From Actinomycetota bacterium (GTDB lineage: Bacteria; Actinomycetota; Thermoleophilia; Solirubrobacterales; Solirubrobacteraceae): DNA of 64,000 nt. The stretch is taken from positions 27,639 through 91,638 of the forward strand of contig SYIT01000074.1 of the NCBI GenBank assembly GCA_005798685.1, written 5' to 3'. The notes beneath the pieces are model-generated. The model ran no database searches. It had not been told where the DNA came from and saw only the letters and a list, made by a program, of their open reading frames with translations. Positions 44,321-53,253 of this stretch are shown here, one piece after another (within the stretch, counting starts at the first letter, position 1; each line of letters begins with the position of its first letter). A program made the translations under genes and the position numbers.

Positions 44321-45378
44321 CCATCGAAAGGTTTATTCCCGCGCTTACCCGGGGCGCCGTGGCGTTGATCGGCACCTTGGCCGTCGGCCTCGTCGCCGTT
44401 CTCGCGGCCGGGCTGGATCCGGTCACGACTCTTCAGGCAATCATCGACGGGGCGCTCGGAAGCCCATACGCAATCCGTCAGTCGCTGACCGAGGCCGTGC
44501 CCGTAACTCTTACGGCGCTGGGGGTGGCGGTTGCGTTCCGCGCTGGCCTGTTCAACCTCGGCGGCGACGGGCAGATCTACATCGGCGCGCTTGGCGCCGT
44601 GGGGATCTCGCTGCTCTTCCCAGATCTGACGCCGGCTCTCTTGATCCCGTTCGCGCTAGGTGTTGGAATGCTCGGGGGGCTTATTTGGGGAGGCATCGCC
44701 GGCGTGTTGCGTGCGAAGTTGAGGCTCTCCGAAATCATCACGACGATCATGCTCAACTTCATTGCCTTTTGGATCGTCAGCTACCTGGTGCATGGTCCAC
44801 TGAAAGATCCGGGGGGGAGCGGCTACCCGCTTACGCGCGAGATCCCCGAGGCGGCCCAGCTGCCGGTCTTTGGTGATCTGATCCCCTCTGGAGCGGTCCT
44901 GATGCTGGTGGCAGCATTCTGCGTCTGGCTCCTGCTGGAGAGGACGCCAACGGGCATCAAGATCAAGGGTACGGGTTCGAGCGCCTCGGCAAGCCATTTC
45001 GCGGGCGTGTCGATGAGCCGGGTAACGATTCTCGTTATGGCGATCGCGGGCGCTTTGGCTGGTCTTGGAGGCGCTGTCAGCCTTCAGGGAGATCAGTACA
45101 AGCTTGGTGATTTCTTCAGCCCCGGGTGGGGTTTCGACGCCGTAGCCGTAGCCTTGATTGGACGCGGAACAGCTGCCGGGACCCTAATTACAGGCATCGC
45201 AGTCGGGGCGCTTCGCAGTGGGATTCAGAGCGCCCAAGGGACGGCTGAGGTCCCATCGTCGATCGCCCAAATACTGCTTGCAGCGGCGGTCCTCTTTGTG
45301 ATCGTCGGTAATGCCGAGGGCGCGGGCCAACTTGTCCGCCGAAGCTGGGCCCGGACGAGAGAATTGGCCAGTGAGTGA
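44317..45378 (+). CDS. ABC transporter permease
   Basis: Polytopic. 'GLFNLGGDGQIYIGA' is typical of BMP/ribose-type permeases. ATGA overlap. Confidence 0.88.
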   Translation: MTIERFIPALTRGAVALIGTLAVGLVAVLAAGLDPVTTLQAIIDGALGSPYAIRQSLTEAVPVTLTALGVAVAFRAGLFNLGGDGQIYIGALGAVGISLLFPDLTPALLIPFALGVGMLGGLIWGGIAGVLRAKLRLSEIITTIMLNFIAFWIVSYLVHGPLKDPGGSGYPLTREIPEAAQLPVFGDLIPSGAVLMLVAAFCVWLLLERTPTGIKIKGTGSSASASHFAGVSMSRVTILVMAIAGALAGLGGAVSLQGDQYKLGDFFSPGWGFDAVAVALIGRGTAAGTLITGIAVGALRSGIQSAQGTAEVPSSIAQILLAAAVLFVIVGNAEGAGQLVRRSWARTRELASE

Positions 45379-46303
45379 TCTCTTTGACATCGTAACCTCG
45401 GCAACGCTCTACGCGGCGGCGATCAGGCTCGCTTTGCCGATCTTCCTCGCGGCGCTTGGCGAAACATTTGCTGAGCGCGCCGGGCTCGTAAATGTAGGTC
45501 TTGAAGGGATGATGCTGATGGGTGCCTTTGGCGCCGTGCTTGGCTCGGACGTCACCGGCAGTGCGTTGGCGGGCGTGGCGATAGGGCTGCTCTTCGCGGT
45601 TCTCGTTGCGGCGATTCAGGGTTTCGTTTCGATCAATTTTGGTGGGGATCAGATCGTCTGCGGTATCGCGCTCAACATCGGCGCGCTGGGCGTCACGGCC
45701 TTCCTGGTTAGAGCTATATGGGAAGGTGGTAACGCTCCCCAGGTCGCAGGTTTCTCGGCTTTTGACCTGCCCCTGCTAGCGAACGCTCCATTCGTCGGGG
45801 TAGCGGTCTTCCAGCAGGGTATTTTCGTCTATGTCGCGCTCGTGTTGGCGTTGATCAGTTGGTGGGCACTGATGAAAACTGGCTGGGGGCTGCGGATGCG
45901 TGGATGCGGCGAGGACCCATTGGCCTGCGAAAGTCTTGGTATCCCAGTCAAGCGCTTGCGTTGGCAAGCAATGCTGATCTGCGGTGCATGCGCCGGGCTA
46001 GGTGGCGTCTTCCTAGCTCTGGGTCAATTACTGACTTTCAGCGACGGGATGAGCGGCGGCCGTGGCTTCATCGCGCTCGCGGTCGTAATCATCGCGCGTT
46101 GGTCGCCAATGCTGGCGGTTCCGTCTGCGCTGTTGTTCGGTGCAGTAGAGGCGTTCGCGCTTCGCGTCCAGAGTTCTGATCTCAATGTTCCACCGGAACT
46201 GATGCTCGCGTTGCCGTATCTCGCAACGATCATCGTCTACGCGATCGTCGTCGGCCGCAGCAACCCGCCGGCGGCGCTCGGGCGAACCTATGTACGTCAA
46301 TGA
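45371..46303 (+). CDS. ABC transporter permease
   Basis: 'AERAGLVNVGLEGMMLMGA'. The GTG at 45371 overlaps the upstream permease by 8 nt. The track start is 45311. Confidence 0.88.
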   Translation: MSDLFDIVTSATLYAAAIRLALPIFLAALGETFAERAGLVNVGLEGMMLMGAFGAVLGSDVTGSALAGVAIGLLFAVLVAAIQGFVSINFGGDQIVCGIALNIGALGVTAFLVRAIWEGGNAPQVAGFSAFDLPLLANAPFVGVAVFQQGIFVYVALVLALISWWALMKTGWGLRMRGCGEDPLACESLGIPVKRLRWQAMLICGACAGLGGVFLALGQLLTFSDGMSGGRGFIALAVVIIARWSPMLAVPSALLFGAVEAFALRVQSSDLNVPPELMLALPYLATIIVYAIVVGRSNPPAALGRTYVRQ

Positions 46304-46323
46304 ACCGCTAAGGAGAAGACTCC

Positions 46324-47235
46324 ATGTCAGTTACGCAACCTTATTCGCTTCGAGTGGCCGCATACCAGCCAGCCGTTATTGCTTCCGAGCCTGAAGCCTC
46401 GCGCGTTGATGAGGCAGCCGAGGCAATTCGCCTCGCTTCGACCGATGGCGCTCAGCTGATCGTCTTCCCAGAGGGTTACCCGGGGCCGCTCCGAGCATCG
46501 GCAGACTACGACGCGGCGCCGGCGATCTCACAGGCGGCAGCCAGCGCCAACTGCGCGGTCTGCTGGAGCCGTATAGAACGATGCGATGACGGTCGCTACC
46601 GCAAGGTTGCCTACCTAATCAACGAGAAGGGTGAGCAGGTTCTCCGCTACGAGCGCGCCCACCCGGCGACCGGCGATATTCACCCGGCGCTCTCGGGGGT
46701 CTCACTTGCGCCCGGGCCAGAGCTCGGGATCGCAGAGCTCTTCGGCATCACGGTTGGCGTGCTTATCTGCTCCGAGCTGTGGCTTCCCGAAGTGTCTCGC
46801 TCACTTGTAGTGAGTGGCGCCGAGTTGCTCCTCGCTCCCGCCGGGGGTGGCTTTGGAAAGGTCGCTCCAAACTGGCAGCTGATAGCCCGCGCACGAGCGA
46901 TCGAGAACGAGGCCTATGTCGTCCTTACTCAGCACCTCTTTGGAGGAGAGGAAGGCGCAGCACTGATCGCTGGCCCGGAGGACTTGGTGAGCGAGTCGAA
47001 GAAGGCCGGCGTGCTGCTTGGCGATCTTGACCTTGCGAGGCTCCGCTGGCTGCGTGAGACTGACGATTCAATGGCGAATCCGAAGCCTTTCACTTCGCTC
47101 CCCGGCTTGTTGCGTGCTAGGCGACCGCAGCTTTACGGCGTGCTCAGCGCGCCTGCTGATGGCCTCTACGACTACGAAGGCAAGGCCACTCCGGCTGACT
47201 TTGTCGCGCCGAGCGCGCCTCCCGGGGTGTCATGA
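46324..47235 (+). CDS. carbon-nitrogen hydrolase (nitrilase superfamily)
   Basis: E-K-C triad context: 'LIVFPEGY', 'YRKVAYL', 'VLICSELWLPE'. Confidence 0.85.
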   Translation: MSVTQPYSLRVAAYQPAVIASEPEASRVDEAAEAIRLASTDGAQLIVFPEGYPGPLRASADYDAAPAISQAAASANCAVCWSRIERCDDGRYRKVAYLINEKGEQVLRYERAHPATGDIHPALSGVSLAPGPELGIAELFGITVGVLICSELWLPEVSRSLVVSGAELLLAPAGGGFGKVAPNWQLIARARAIENEAYVVLTQHLFGGEEGAALIAGPEDLVSESKKAGVLLGDLDLARLRWLRETDDSMANPKPFTSLPGLLRARRPQLYGVLSAPADGLYDYEGKATPADFVAPSAPPGVS

Positions 47236-48344
47236 GCACCGGTTGGGTTTGGGACGAGCGCTACATGTGGCATGACACCGGCCACGCAGCGGCGTTCCTG
47301 ACTGCGGGCGGCGTGCTTGAGCCCGATGAGCATGTTGAACGGCCCGCGACCAAGCGACGACTGCGCAATCTGCTCGAAGTGAGTGGGATGCTTGAGCAGC
47401 TAACGCCGATTAAGGCTCGCGAAGCAACGCCTGAAGAGTTGACGCGAGTGCACAGCTCAGCGCACGTAGAGCACGTTCAGCAGGTCAGCGCCAACGGAGG
47501 CGGCATGGCTGGTGATCAAACGCCGATCGGCCCGGGTGGCTACGAGATCGTGGCTCTCGCTGCTGGAGGCGCGATCGCTGCTGTCGATGCTGTCATCGGC
47601 GGTGAAGTCGACAATGCTTACGCACTGATCCGGCCTCCGGGCCATCACAGCGGCATCGATCAGAGCCTTGGCTTCTGCGTCTTCAACAACGTCGCTGTCG
47701 CGGCTGAGCATGCGCGCGCTGTCCACAGATTGGATCGGGTAGCAATCATCGATTGGGACGCCCACCACGGCAACGGAACGCAAGAGATCTTCTGGGATCA
47801 GCCAAGGGTTTTGACGATCTCCGTCCATCAGGACGGCGGCTATCCGCCCCGGTCAGGTCTCGTTGACGAACGTGGTTCGGATAAAGCGCTCGCAACAAAC
47901 ATCAACATCCCGCTACCTCCCGGATCAGGAGTAGGCGCATACGAGGCTGCGATCGGTCAGATTGTCGTTCCCGCCCTTCACGCCTTCCGGCCAGATCTGA
48001 TCATCGTCGCCTGCGGCTTTGACGCCAGCCCGATGGATCCGCTCGCGCGGATGATGGTTCACAGCGCCGGCTTCGCTGAGATGACTGCCTCCGTGATGGC
48101 CGCCGCCGATCAACTCTGCGGTGGGCGGCTTGTCTGCTGCCATGAGGGCGGCTACGCAGCGCCGTACGTTCCTTTCTGTGGGCTCGCCGTGATCGAGACG
48201 CTGAGCGGCCACAGCAGCGGCGTCGAGGACCCATTTCTCGGTGGCTATTCGTCACTTCCGTTCCAGGAGCTTCAGCCACACCAAGCCGCGGCGATTGAGT
48301 CCGCTTTCCCCGATCTAGCGAAGCTCAAGGAGGCCGCATCGTGA
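47232..48344 (+). CDS. histone-deacetylase-family amidohydrolase (acetylpolyamine/acetoin-utilisation type)
   Basis: 'IRPPGHHSG', 'IIDWDAHHGNGTQ', 'CCHEGGY'. ATGA overlap. Confidence 0.88.
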   Translation: MSTGWVWDERYMWHDTGHAAAFLTAGGVLEPDEHVERPATKRRLRNLLEVSGMLEQLTPIKAREATPEELTRVHSSAHVEHVQQVSANGGGMAGDQTPIGPGGYEIVALAAGGAIAAVDAVIGGEVDNAYALIRPPGHHSGIDQSLGFCVFNNVAVAAEHARAVHRLDRVAIIDWDAHHGNGTQEIFWDQPRVLTISVHQDGGYPPRSGLVDERGSDKALATNINIPLPPGSGVGAYEAAIGQIVVPALHAFRPDLIIVACGFDASPMDPLARMMVHSAGFAEMTASVMAAADQLCGGRLVCCHEGGYAAPYVPFCGLAVIETLSGHSSGVEDPFLGGYSSLPFQELQPHQAAAIESAFPDLAKLKEAAS

Positions 48345-49282
48345 GCGTCAAGCTGAACCGCGCGCAGCTCGTCAAGTCATCGAGCTCGACCCCGAACCCG
48401 CCCTACGGGGTAGACCCCAAGCTGACCTTCTACTGCCCTCAGGAGAACCTCGAGGCGCTCGATATTCCGGTAGTCAAGCACTTCTTGCGCTGGGCCGAGG
48501 ACGATTACAAACCGGCGTCGACGAAGAAGCCCAAGGTCCTCTTGCTGTTGCCGTGCCAGAAGGTCAAGCCTTACGCGATCTCGCCGGAACACCTCGCGAT
48601 CAACAGCTATCTGCTCGCTGCCGGCTATGCGCCGATGGAACGCGGCGATTGGCCGGAAGAGATCGGCGAACTTGCTGCCGGCCCGCTGCTTAGCAACGGC
48701 CCGCTTGAAGGCCACGGTTTGCAGATTGATCGCGCCGTCATCTCCGAGCCGTTTGGCTTCGTTCCCTACTCAGCGATGTACTACTGGAACGGCAAGCTCT
48801 CGCCCTGTGGCCAGTACGACGATCCAGGCCTGTTCGCGCACCGCGGGTTGGCGTGCACGTGGCGCAGCGACAATACCGCTGTGCCGCAAGATGGGAAGTG
48901 GCGCTGGGGAGACAACGAACGCGCCGCCTACGTCGAGGTTCACAACCGTCTTGCGGAGTCGATGGCAACGGCGCTCAGCCGTATTGCCTCTAACTACGAG
49001 GCAATCTACGCCTACGTCGCACCGGCGTTGACGCACCGGTCGTTCATTGTCGATCGCGCCCAGAGTACGGCCGCCGGAATGTCCAACGCTCGCCGGGTCG
49101 GCTCGCAGATACGCCCGCTGGTTGGTGTAAATGACCTCGTGCCGGGGCTCGTAAATCTCGTCCCCGACGCAACGCAGTTGGGGCGCCTGCGCAAGCAGAT
49201 GGGCGGCAGACTGCCGGCAAAACTGCTGTCTACCGACCCCGCGCTCAGACTGTTGACGACTGCAATCGGAGCCAATCGATGA
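48341..49282 (+). CDS. hypothetical protein carrying the ArcS C1-domain (DUF5591-type) PC-X3-KPY-X2-S-X2-H motif
   Basis: nt 48551-48592 encode P-C-QKV-K-P-Y-AI-S-PE-H within 'KVLLLLPCQKVKPYAISPEHLAI'. No TGT or PUA domain visible. Start/stop overlaps on both sides (GTGA upstream, ATGA downstream). Confidence 0.6.
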   Translation: MSVKLNRAQLVKSSSSTPNPPYGVDPKLTFYCPQENLEALDIPVVKHFLRWAEDDYKPASTKKPKVLLLLPCQKVKPYAISPEHLAINSYLLAAGYAPMERGDWPEEIGELAAGPLLSNGPLEGHGLQIDRAVISEPFGFVPYSAMYYWNGKLSPCGQYDDPGLFAHRGLACTWRSDNTAVPQDGKWRWGDNERAAYVEVHNRLAESMATALSRIASNYEAIYAYVAPALTHRSFIVDRAQSTAAGMSNARRVGSQIRPLVGVNDLVPGLVNLVPDATQLGRLRKQMGGRLPAKLLSTDPALRLLTTAIGANR

Positions 49283-50454
49283 CTATCGGATCACTGGAAA
49301 TTCGCAACCTCGGCGGCCTCGTCAGCGGTCGACTCGATGATTCGCTTCAGAGCGTGAACGAGATCCGCTGCGAGGATGGCCGGATCGTCGCGCTGGAGTC
49401 GGGCGGCGACGCCGATCTGGTGATCGACGCCTGCGGCGCAATCGCGGCTCCGGGGCTGATCGATTCTCACGCCCACGTCGTCTTTGGTGACTGGACGCCG
49501 CGCCAGTCAACTCTTGGCTGGATCGAGAGCTACATGCACGGTGGGGTGACGATGATGATGTCAGCCTCTGAGGTTCACCTTCCAGGACGACCGGCCGACC
49601 GAGAGGGAGTAAAGGCGCTGGCGATTACGGCCCAGCGTGCCTTTGCAGATTTCCGGCCCGGCGGGGTAAAGGTGCTTGCCGGGTCGGTGATCATCGAACC
49701 GACGCTCGAACCCTCAGACTTCGATCAAATGGCGGCGGCTGGAGTGAAGCTGGCGAAGGTCGGCTTCGGTGATTTCGACAAGCCCGCCGATGCTGCACCG
49801 CTGGTGCGAGCTGCTCAGGCCGCAGGAATGATCGTGATGAACCACACCGGTGGCGCATCTATTCCAGGCTCACGGCCGGTCACGGCGGAGGACTGCATCA
49901 CGCTCGGCTGCGACTTCATTGGCCACGCAAACGGTGGCCCAACGTCGCTGCCCGACGAAGATCTTCCGCTGCTGCTTGATGCCGCGGGCGCGATCCAACT
50001 GGTTCAGGCCGGAAACCTTCGCTCCAGTCTGCTGCTGCTTGAGTTGGCCCGCGAGCGAGGCGCGATGGAGCGGATCGTGATCGCGACCGACACCCCTACT
50101 GGAACCGGGGTCATGCCACTCGGGATGATCAAGACCGTGACCGAGCTCTCGTCGCTGGGCGGTATTTCCGCTAGCGATTCGCTAGCGATGGCGACAGGAA
50201 ACAACGCCCGCGTGCTGCGCCGCGAGGAGGGGATCCTCGAAGTCGGCCGACCGGCTGATTTCGCGCTGCTCGAGCCGCCTCTCGGGGGCGCCGCGGACAA
50301 CGCGCTGGCCGCGATCGAGAGGGGCGATCTGCCCGGCATCTCGGCCGTGGTGATTGACGGCGCGCTGCGAGCCCTGCGCTCACGAAACGCGCCAGCATCT
50401 ACGAACCCCGCCGCAGTTATCTCCGGGAACCTTCCAGCAGCGTTCAGGAATTGA
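49279..50454 (+). CDS. amidohydrolase-superfamily enzyme, enamidase-like
   Basis: 'APGLIDSHAHVVFGDWTPRQSTLGWIESYMHGGVTMMMSA', 'HLPGRP', 'MNHTGGASIPGS', 'IGHANGGPT'. The enamidase-like call is from my memory of that family's blocks. Confidence 0.7.
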   Translation: MTIGSLEIRNLGGLVSGRLDDSLQSVNEIRCEDGRIVALESGGDADLVIDACGAIAAPGLIDSHAHVVFGDWTPRQSTLGWIESYMHGGVTMMMSASEVHLPGRPADREGVKALAITAQRAFADFRPGGVKVLAGSVIIEPTLEPSDFDQMAAAGVKLAKVGFGDFDKPADAAPLVRAAQAAGMIVMNHTGGASIPGSRPVTAEDCITLGCDFIGHANGGPTSLPDEDLPLLLDAAGAIQLVQAGNLRSSLLLLELARERGAMERIVIATDTPTGTGVMPLGMIKTVTELSSLGGISASDSLAMATGNNARVLRREEGILEVGRPADFALLEPPLGGAADNALAAIERGDLPGISAVVIDGALRALRSRNAPASTNPAAVISGNLPAAFRN

Positions 50455-50479
50455 CAGTGAGTCGCCCCCGGCATAGGCT
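50451..50479 (+). promoter_or_regulatory. sigma-70-type promoter TTGACA-N17-TAGGCT upstream of the ALDH gene, flanked by GTTCAG-type half-sites
   Basis: ttgaca at 50451-50456 (overlaps the upstream stop), 17-nt spacer, taggct at 50474-50479. cgttcag at 50441-50447, gctga-gtt-tcagc at 50477-50489, gttcagc at 50502-50508. Confidence 0.55.
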
Positions 50480-50508
50480 GAGTTTCAGCCAATAAAACTA
50501 GGTTCAGC

Positions 50509-51933
50509 ATGTCGAATTCCTCAACTTCACTCGAAATCACCGGCCCCGGCGGCGGAGCTCCGCTCGGCGAGGTTGAGCTGACCCCGGTCGGTCAGGTCAG
50601 CGCGATAGTCGGAGCTGCGTGCAAGGCGCAGCCGGAATGGTCAAGGCGGACCGTCGCCGATCGCGCGGCGCTGCTTGAAGTCGCCGCCGACCTGCTCGAC
50701 CCGCAGAGCGAAGAGCTGTCGCTGTTGCTCGCCTCGGAGGCAGGGAAGCCGATAGACCAAGCGAAGTTTGAGATACGCGCATCGATCGGTCTGCTGCGCA
50801 GCAACGCACGCGAGGCGTGCCGCACCGCCGGGGGGCACGTGCTGCCAACAGAGGGCCTCAAAGGTGTTGACCGCGATTTCGTATACACGCGCCGCGAGCC
50901 ACTCGGCGTAGTGGCGGCAATCCTTCCGTTCAACTTCCCGGTCGAGCTCTACGTTGAGAAGTGCGCCGCGGCGCTGGTCGGCGGCAACGCCGTTGTCGTC
51001 AAGCCGCCGCTGGAAGACCCGCTCGCCGTGATGCGCTTCCACAAGGCTCTCCATGACGCTGGCGTGCCGACCGACGTTCTCGCAAGTGTGCTCGGCGATC
51101 GTGACGTTGGGGCGGAGCTCTCTCAAGCGGATGGCATCGCCGCCGTCTCGTTGACTGGCTCGACCGTGGCCGGGCTGGCAGTTGCCAAGGCCGCCGCTCC
51201 GACGCTTCGGCGGCTCCACCTGGAGCTCGGCGGCAACAACGCATCGCTCATCTTGAACGATGCTGACATTGAGTTGGCGGCATCAGAGCTCGTGCGTGGC
51301 CGCTTGCTGATGAACGGGCAGGCCTGCTCCGCAAGCAAGCGGATTGTCGTCGATCGCTCGCTGCACGACGAGCTCGCCGAGCGAATCGCCGCCGCCGTCG
51401 CTCTGCAGCGCGTGGGGTCGGCGACCGATCCTGAAACGACGATCGGCCCGCTGATTACAGCTGCCGCAGCAGAGCGGGTTGTAGCTCAAGCGGAGCGTGC
51501 GATCAGTGAAGGCGCATCGATCATCGGGGATGCCCCTGCCGCCGACGGCGCGTACGTAGCGCCGATGGTTCTCACGGAAGTCCCGGCTGCGGCTGCTGTG
51601 GCGAGCGACGACGAGATCTTCGGACCGGTCTTCAACCTGATTCCCGTCGACTCCGTCAGCGAGGCAATCGAGGTCGCCAACTCGTCGAGCTTCGGGCTGA
51701 TGTCGAGCGTCTTCAGCGCTGACGTCAAACGCGCCGTCGCAGTCGCCGAGAGGCTCCACTCGGGTGGCGTCGTGGTCAATGGAACCGACAACTATCGCCC
51801 ACCCGTAATTCCTTTCGGCGGCGTCGGACTCTCCGGAACTGGCCGCGAGGGGATCGGCTACACGATTGACGAGCTGACCCGTGAGAAGACAATTGTCCTA
51901 CGCAACTTTCGTGAACCAGAAGAGGAGCTGTAA
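50509..51933 (+). CDS. NAD(P)-dependent aldehyde dehydrogenase
   Basis: 'LELGGNNA' and catalytic Cys in 'NGQACSASKR'. 474 aa. Confidence 0.9.
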   Translation: MSNSSTSLEITGPGGGAPLGEVELTPVGQVSAIVGAACKAQPEWSRRTVADRAALLEVAADLLDPQSEELSLLLASEAGKPIDQAKFEIRASIGLLRSNAREACRTAGGHVLPTEGLKGVDRDFVYTRREPLGVVAAILPFNFPVELYVEKCAAALVGGNAVVVKPPLEDPLAVMRFHKALHDAGVPTDVLASVLGDRDVGAELSQADGIAAVSLTGSTVAGLAVAKAAAPTLRRLHLELGGNNASLILNDADIELAASELVRGRLLMNGQACSASKRIVVDRSLHDELAERIAAAVALQRVGSATDPETTIGPLITAAAAERVVAQAERAISEGASIIGDAPAADGAYVAPMVLTEVPAAAAVASDDEIFGPVFNLIPVDSVSEAIEVANSSSFGLMSSVFSADVKRAVAVAERLHSGGVVVNGTDNYRPPVIPFGGVGLSGTGREGIGYTIDELTREKTIVLRNFREPEEEL

Positions 51934-52571
51934 TGAGCAACCCCCGCCCAGTAGCCGGTGAAGCGACGCTCGTCGAGTCGGTTGAGGTCCCTGCAGGCGA
52001 ATCACGTTTCATCAACGTCAGGAAGGGCCAGATCCTTCAGCTTGTAGATCTCTACGGCGACCAGGTTGGTGACTTTGTCGCCTACAGAACAGACAAGCCT
52101 GACGAGTACCTCTCGCCAGCCCATACCTGTTCCTGCCTTACCAAGCTTACGCCCGAGATCGACGACGCGCTCTACTCAAACCACCGTCTGCCGCTACTGC
52201 GGATTGAGGCCGATGACGTAGGGCACCACGACTTCGTTGTGCCTTGCTGTGACCCTGAGCGCTATTCGGTTGATTACGACCTACCGGACCACCCGTCTTG
52301 CCTCGCCGGATTGCAGAAGGGGCTCGACGCGTTTGGCTCCGACTGGCCACTGCACGGTGAACTTGCCGCCAATATCTTCATGAACAACGTCGTAACGCCC
52401 GAAGGCCGGATCGAGACATTTGCACCGACCCACGGCGCCGAATCGGCTATCGATCTCGAAGTACTCGAGGATCTCGTTGTCGGACTGGTCGCCTGCCCGC
52501 AAGATCTCTCGCCTTGCAACAACTTTGATCCGACGGATATGGCGATCCGTGTTTGGGAGCGCCAAGGGTGA
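51933..52571 (+). CDS. DUF1989 / urea-carboxylase-associated family protein
   Basis: 'VPAGESRFINVRKGQILQLVDLYGDQVGDFVAY', 'GHHDFVVPCC', 'LVACPQD'. 1-nt overlap with the ALDH stop. Confidence 0.75.
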   Translation: MSNPRPVAGEATLVESVEVPAGESRFINVRKGQILQLVDLYGDQVGDFVAYRTDKPDEYLSPAHTCSCLTKLTPEIDDALYSNHRLPLLRIEADDVGHHDFVVPCCDPERYSVDYDLPDHPSCLAGLQKGLDAFGSDWPLHGELAANIFMNNVVTPEGRIETFAPTHGAESAIDLEVLEDLVVGLVACPQDLSPCNNFDPTDMAIRVWERQG

Positions 52572-53224
52572 GGGAGGACGTCGCAGATGCCGCGCGAATT
52601 TGCGCGCGGATGGGACTGGTCGAAGCTTTCGGTCACGTCTCTGCGCGGCTGCCCGAGGGTGGGTTCATGATCACGGCGACCCGGCCGTTGCCTGGCGCCC
52701 GCGCTGCAGAGGTGCTTCAGCTCAGCGATGAGGGCGAGATCATCAGCGGCGACGCCGAGTTACTGCCGTTGGAGACGCCGCTGCATGTCGCGATCTACGC
52801 GGCACGCCCCGATGTTGGAGCCCTTTGCCGTACGCACTCGCCGCACGCAGTTGCTTGGGGCGCTCGCAGCGCGGTGCCGCCGCTCGTTATCGGCCTCGAT
52901 GGCTTGAGTGGAGAAATAGCACTGCACGATGACACCGATCTCGTCGTCGAGATCGCCGCCGGCGCGGCCGCCGCCTCCAGCATGGGTGATGCAGATTGCC
53001 TGCTGATTCGGGCCAACGGCAACATCTGCAGCGGCGGCTCCCTCGGTGGGGCTGTGGTGCGCGCCTGGTTCCTCGAACAACGCGCGGCGAACGCAGCGCG
53101 CATCGGCGACGCAGCGCCGCTCGAGGGCGAGCAACTCGCACGCCGCTCGCGGCACTACGACGTTGAGCTCGTTCGCGCCTGGCGCTGGTGTCGTGCGCAG
53201 TTTGGTGATGGAGATCAGCTTTGA
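52568..53224 (+). CDS. class II aldolase/adducin-family protein
   Basis: 'AARICARMGLVEAFGHVSARL', 'CRTHSPHAVAW'. The GTG at 52568 gives a GTGA overlap. The track start is TTG at 52553. Confidence 0.8.
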   Translation: MREDVADAARICARMGLVEAFGHVSARLPEGGFMITATRPLPGARAAEVLQLSDEGEIISGDAELLPLETPLHVAIYAARPDVGALCRTHSPHAVAWGARSAVPPLVIGLDGLSGEIALHDDTDLVVEIAAGAAAASSMGDADCLLIRANGNICSGGSLGGAVVRAWFLEQRAANAARIGDAAPLEGEQLARRSRHYDVELVRAWRWCRAQFGDGDQL

Positions 53225-53253
53225 GCAAATCAGTCAATAACCCGGGAGGGAAA

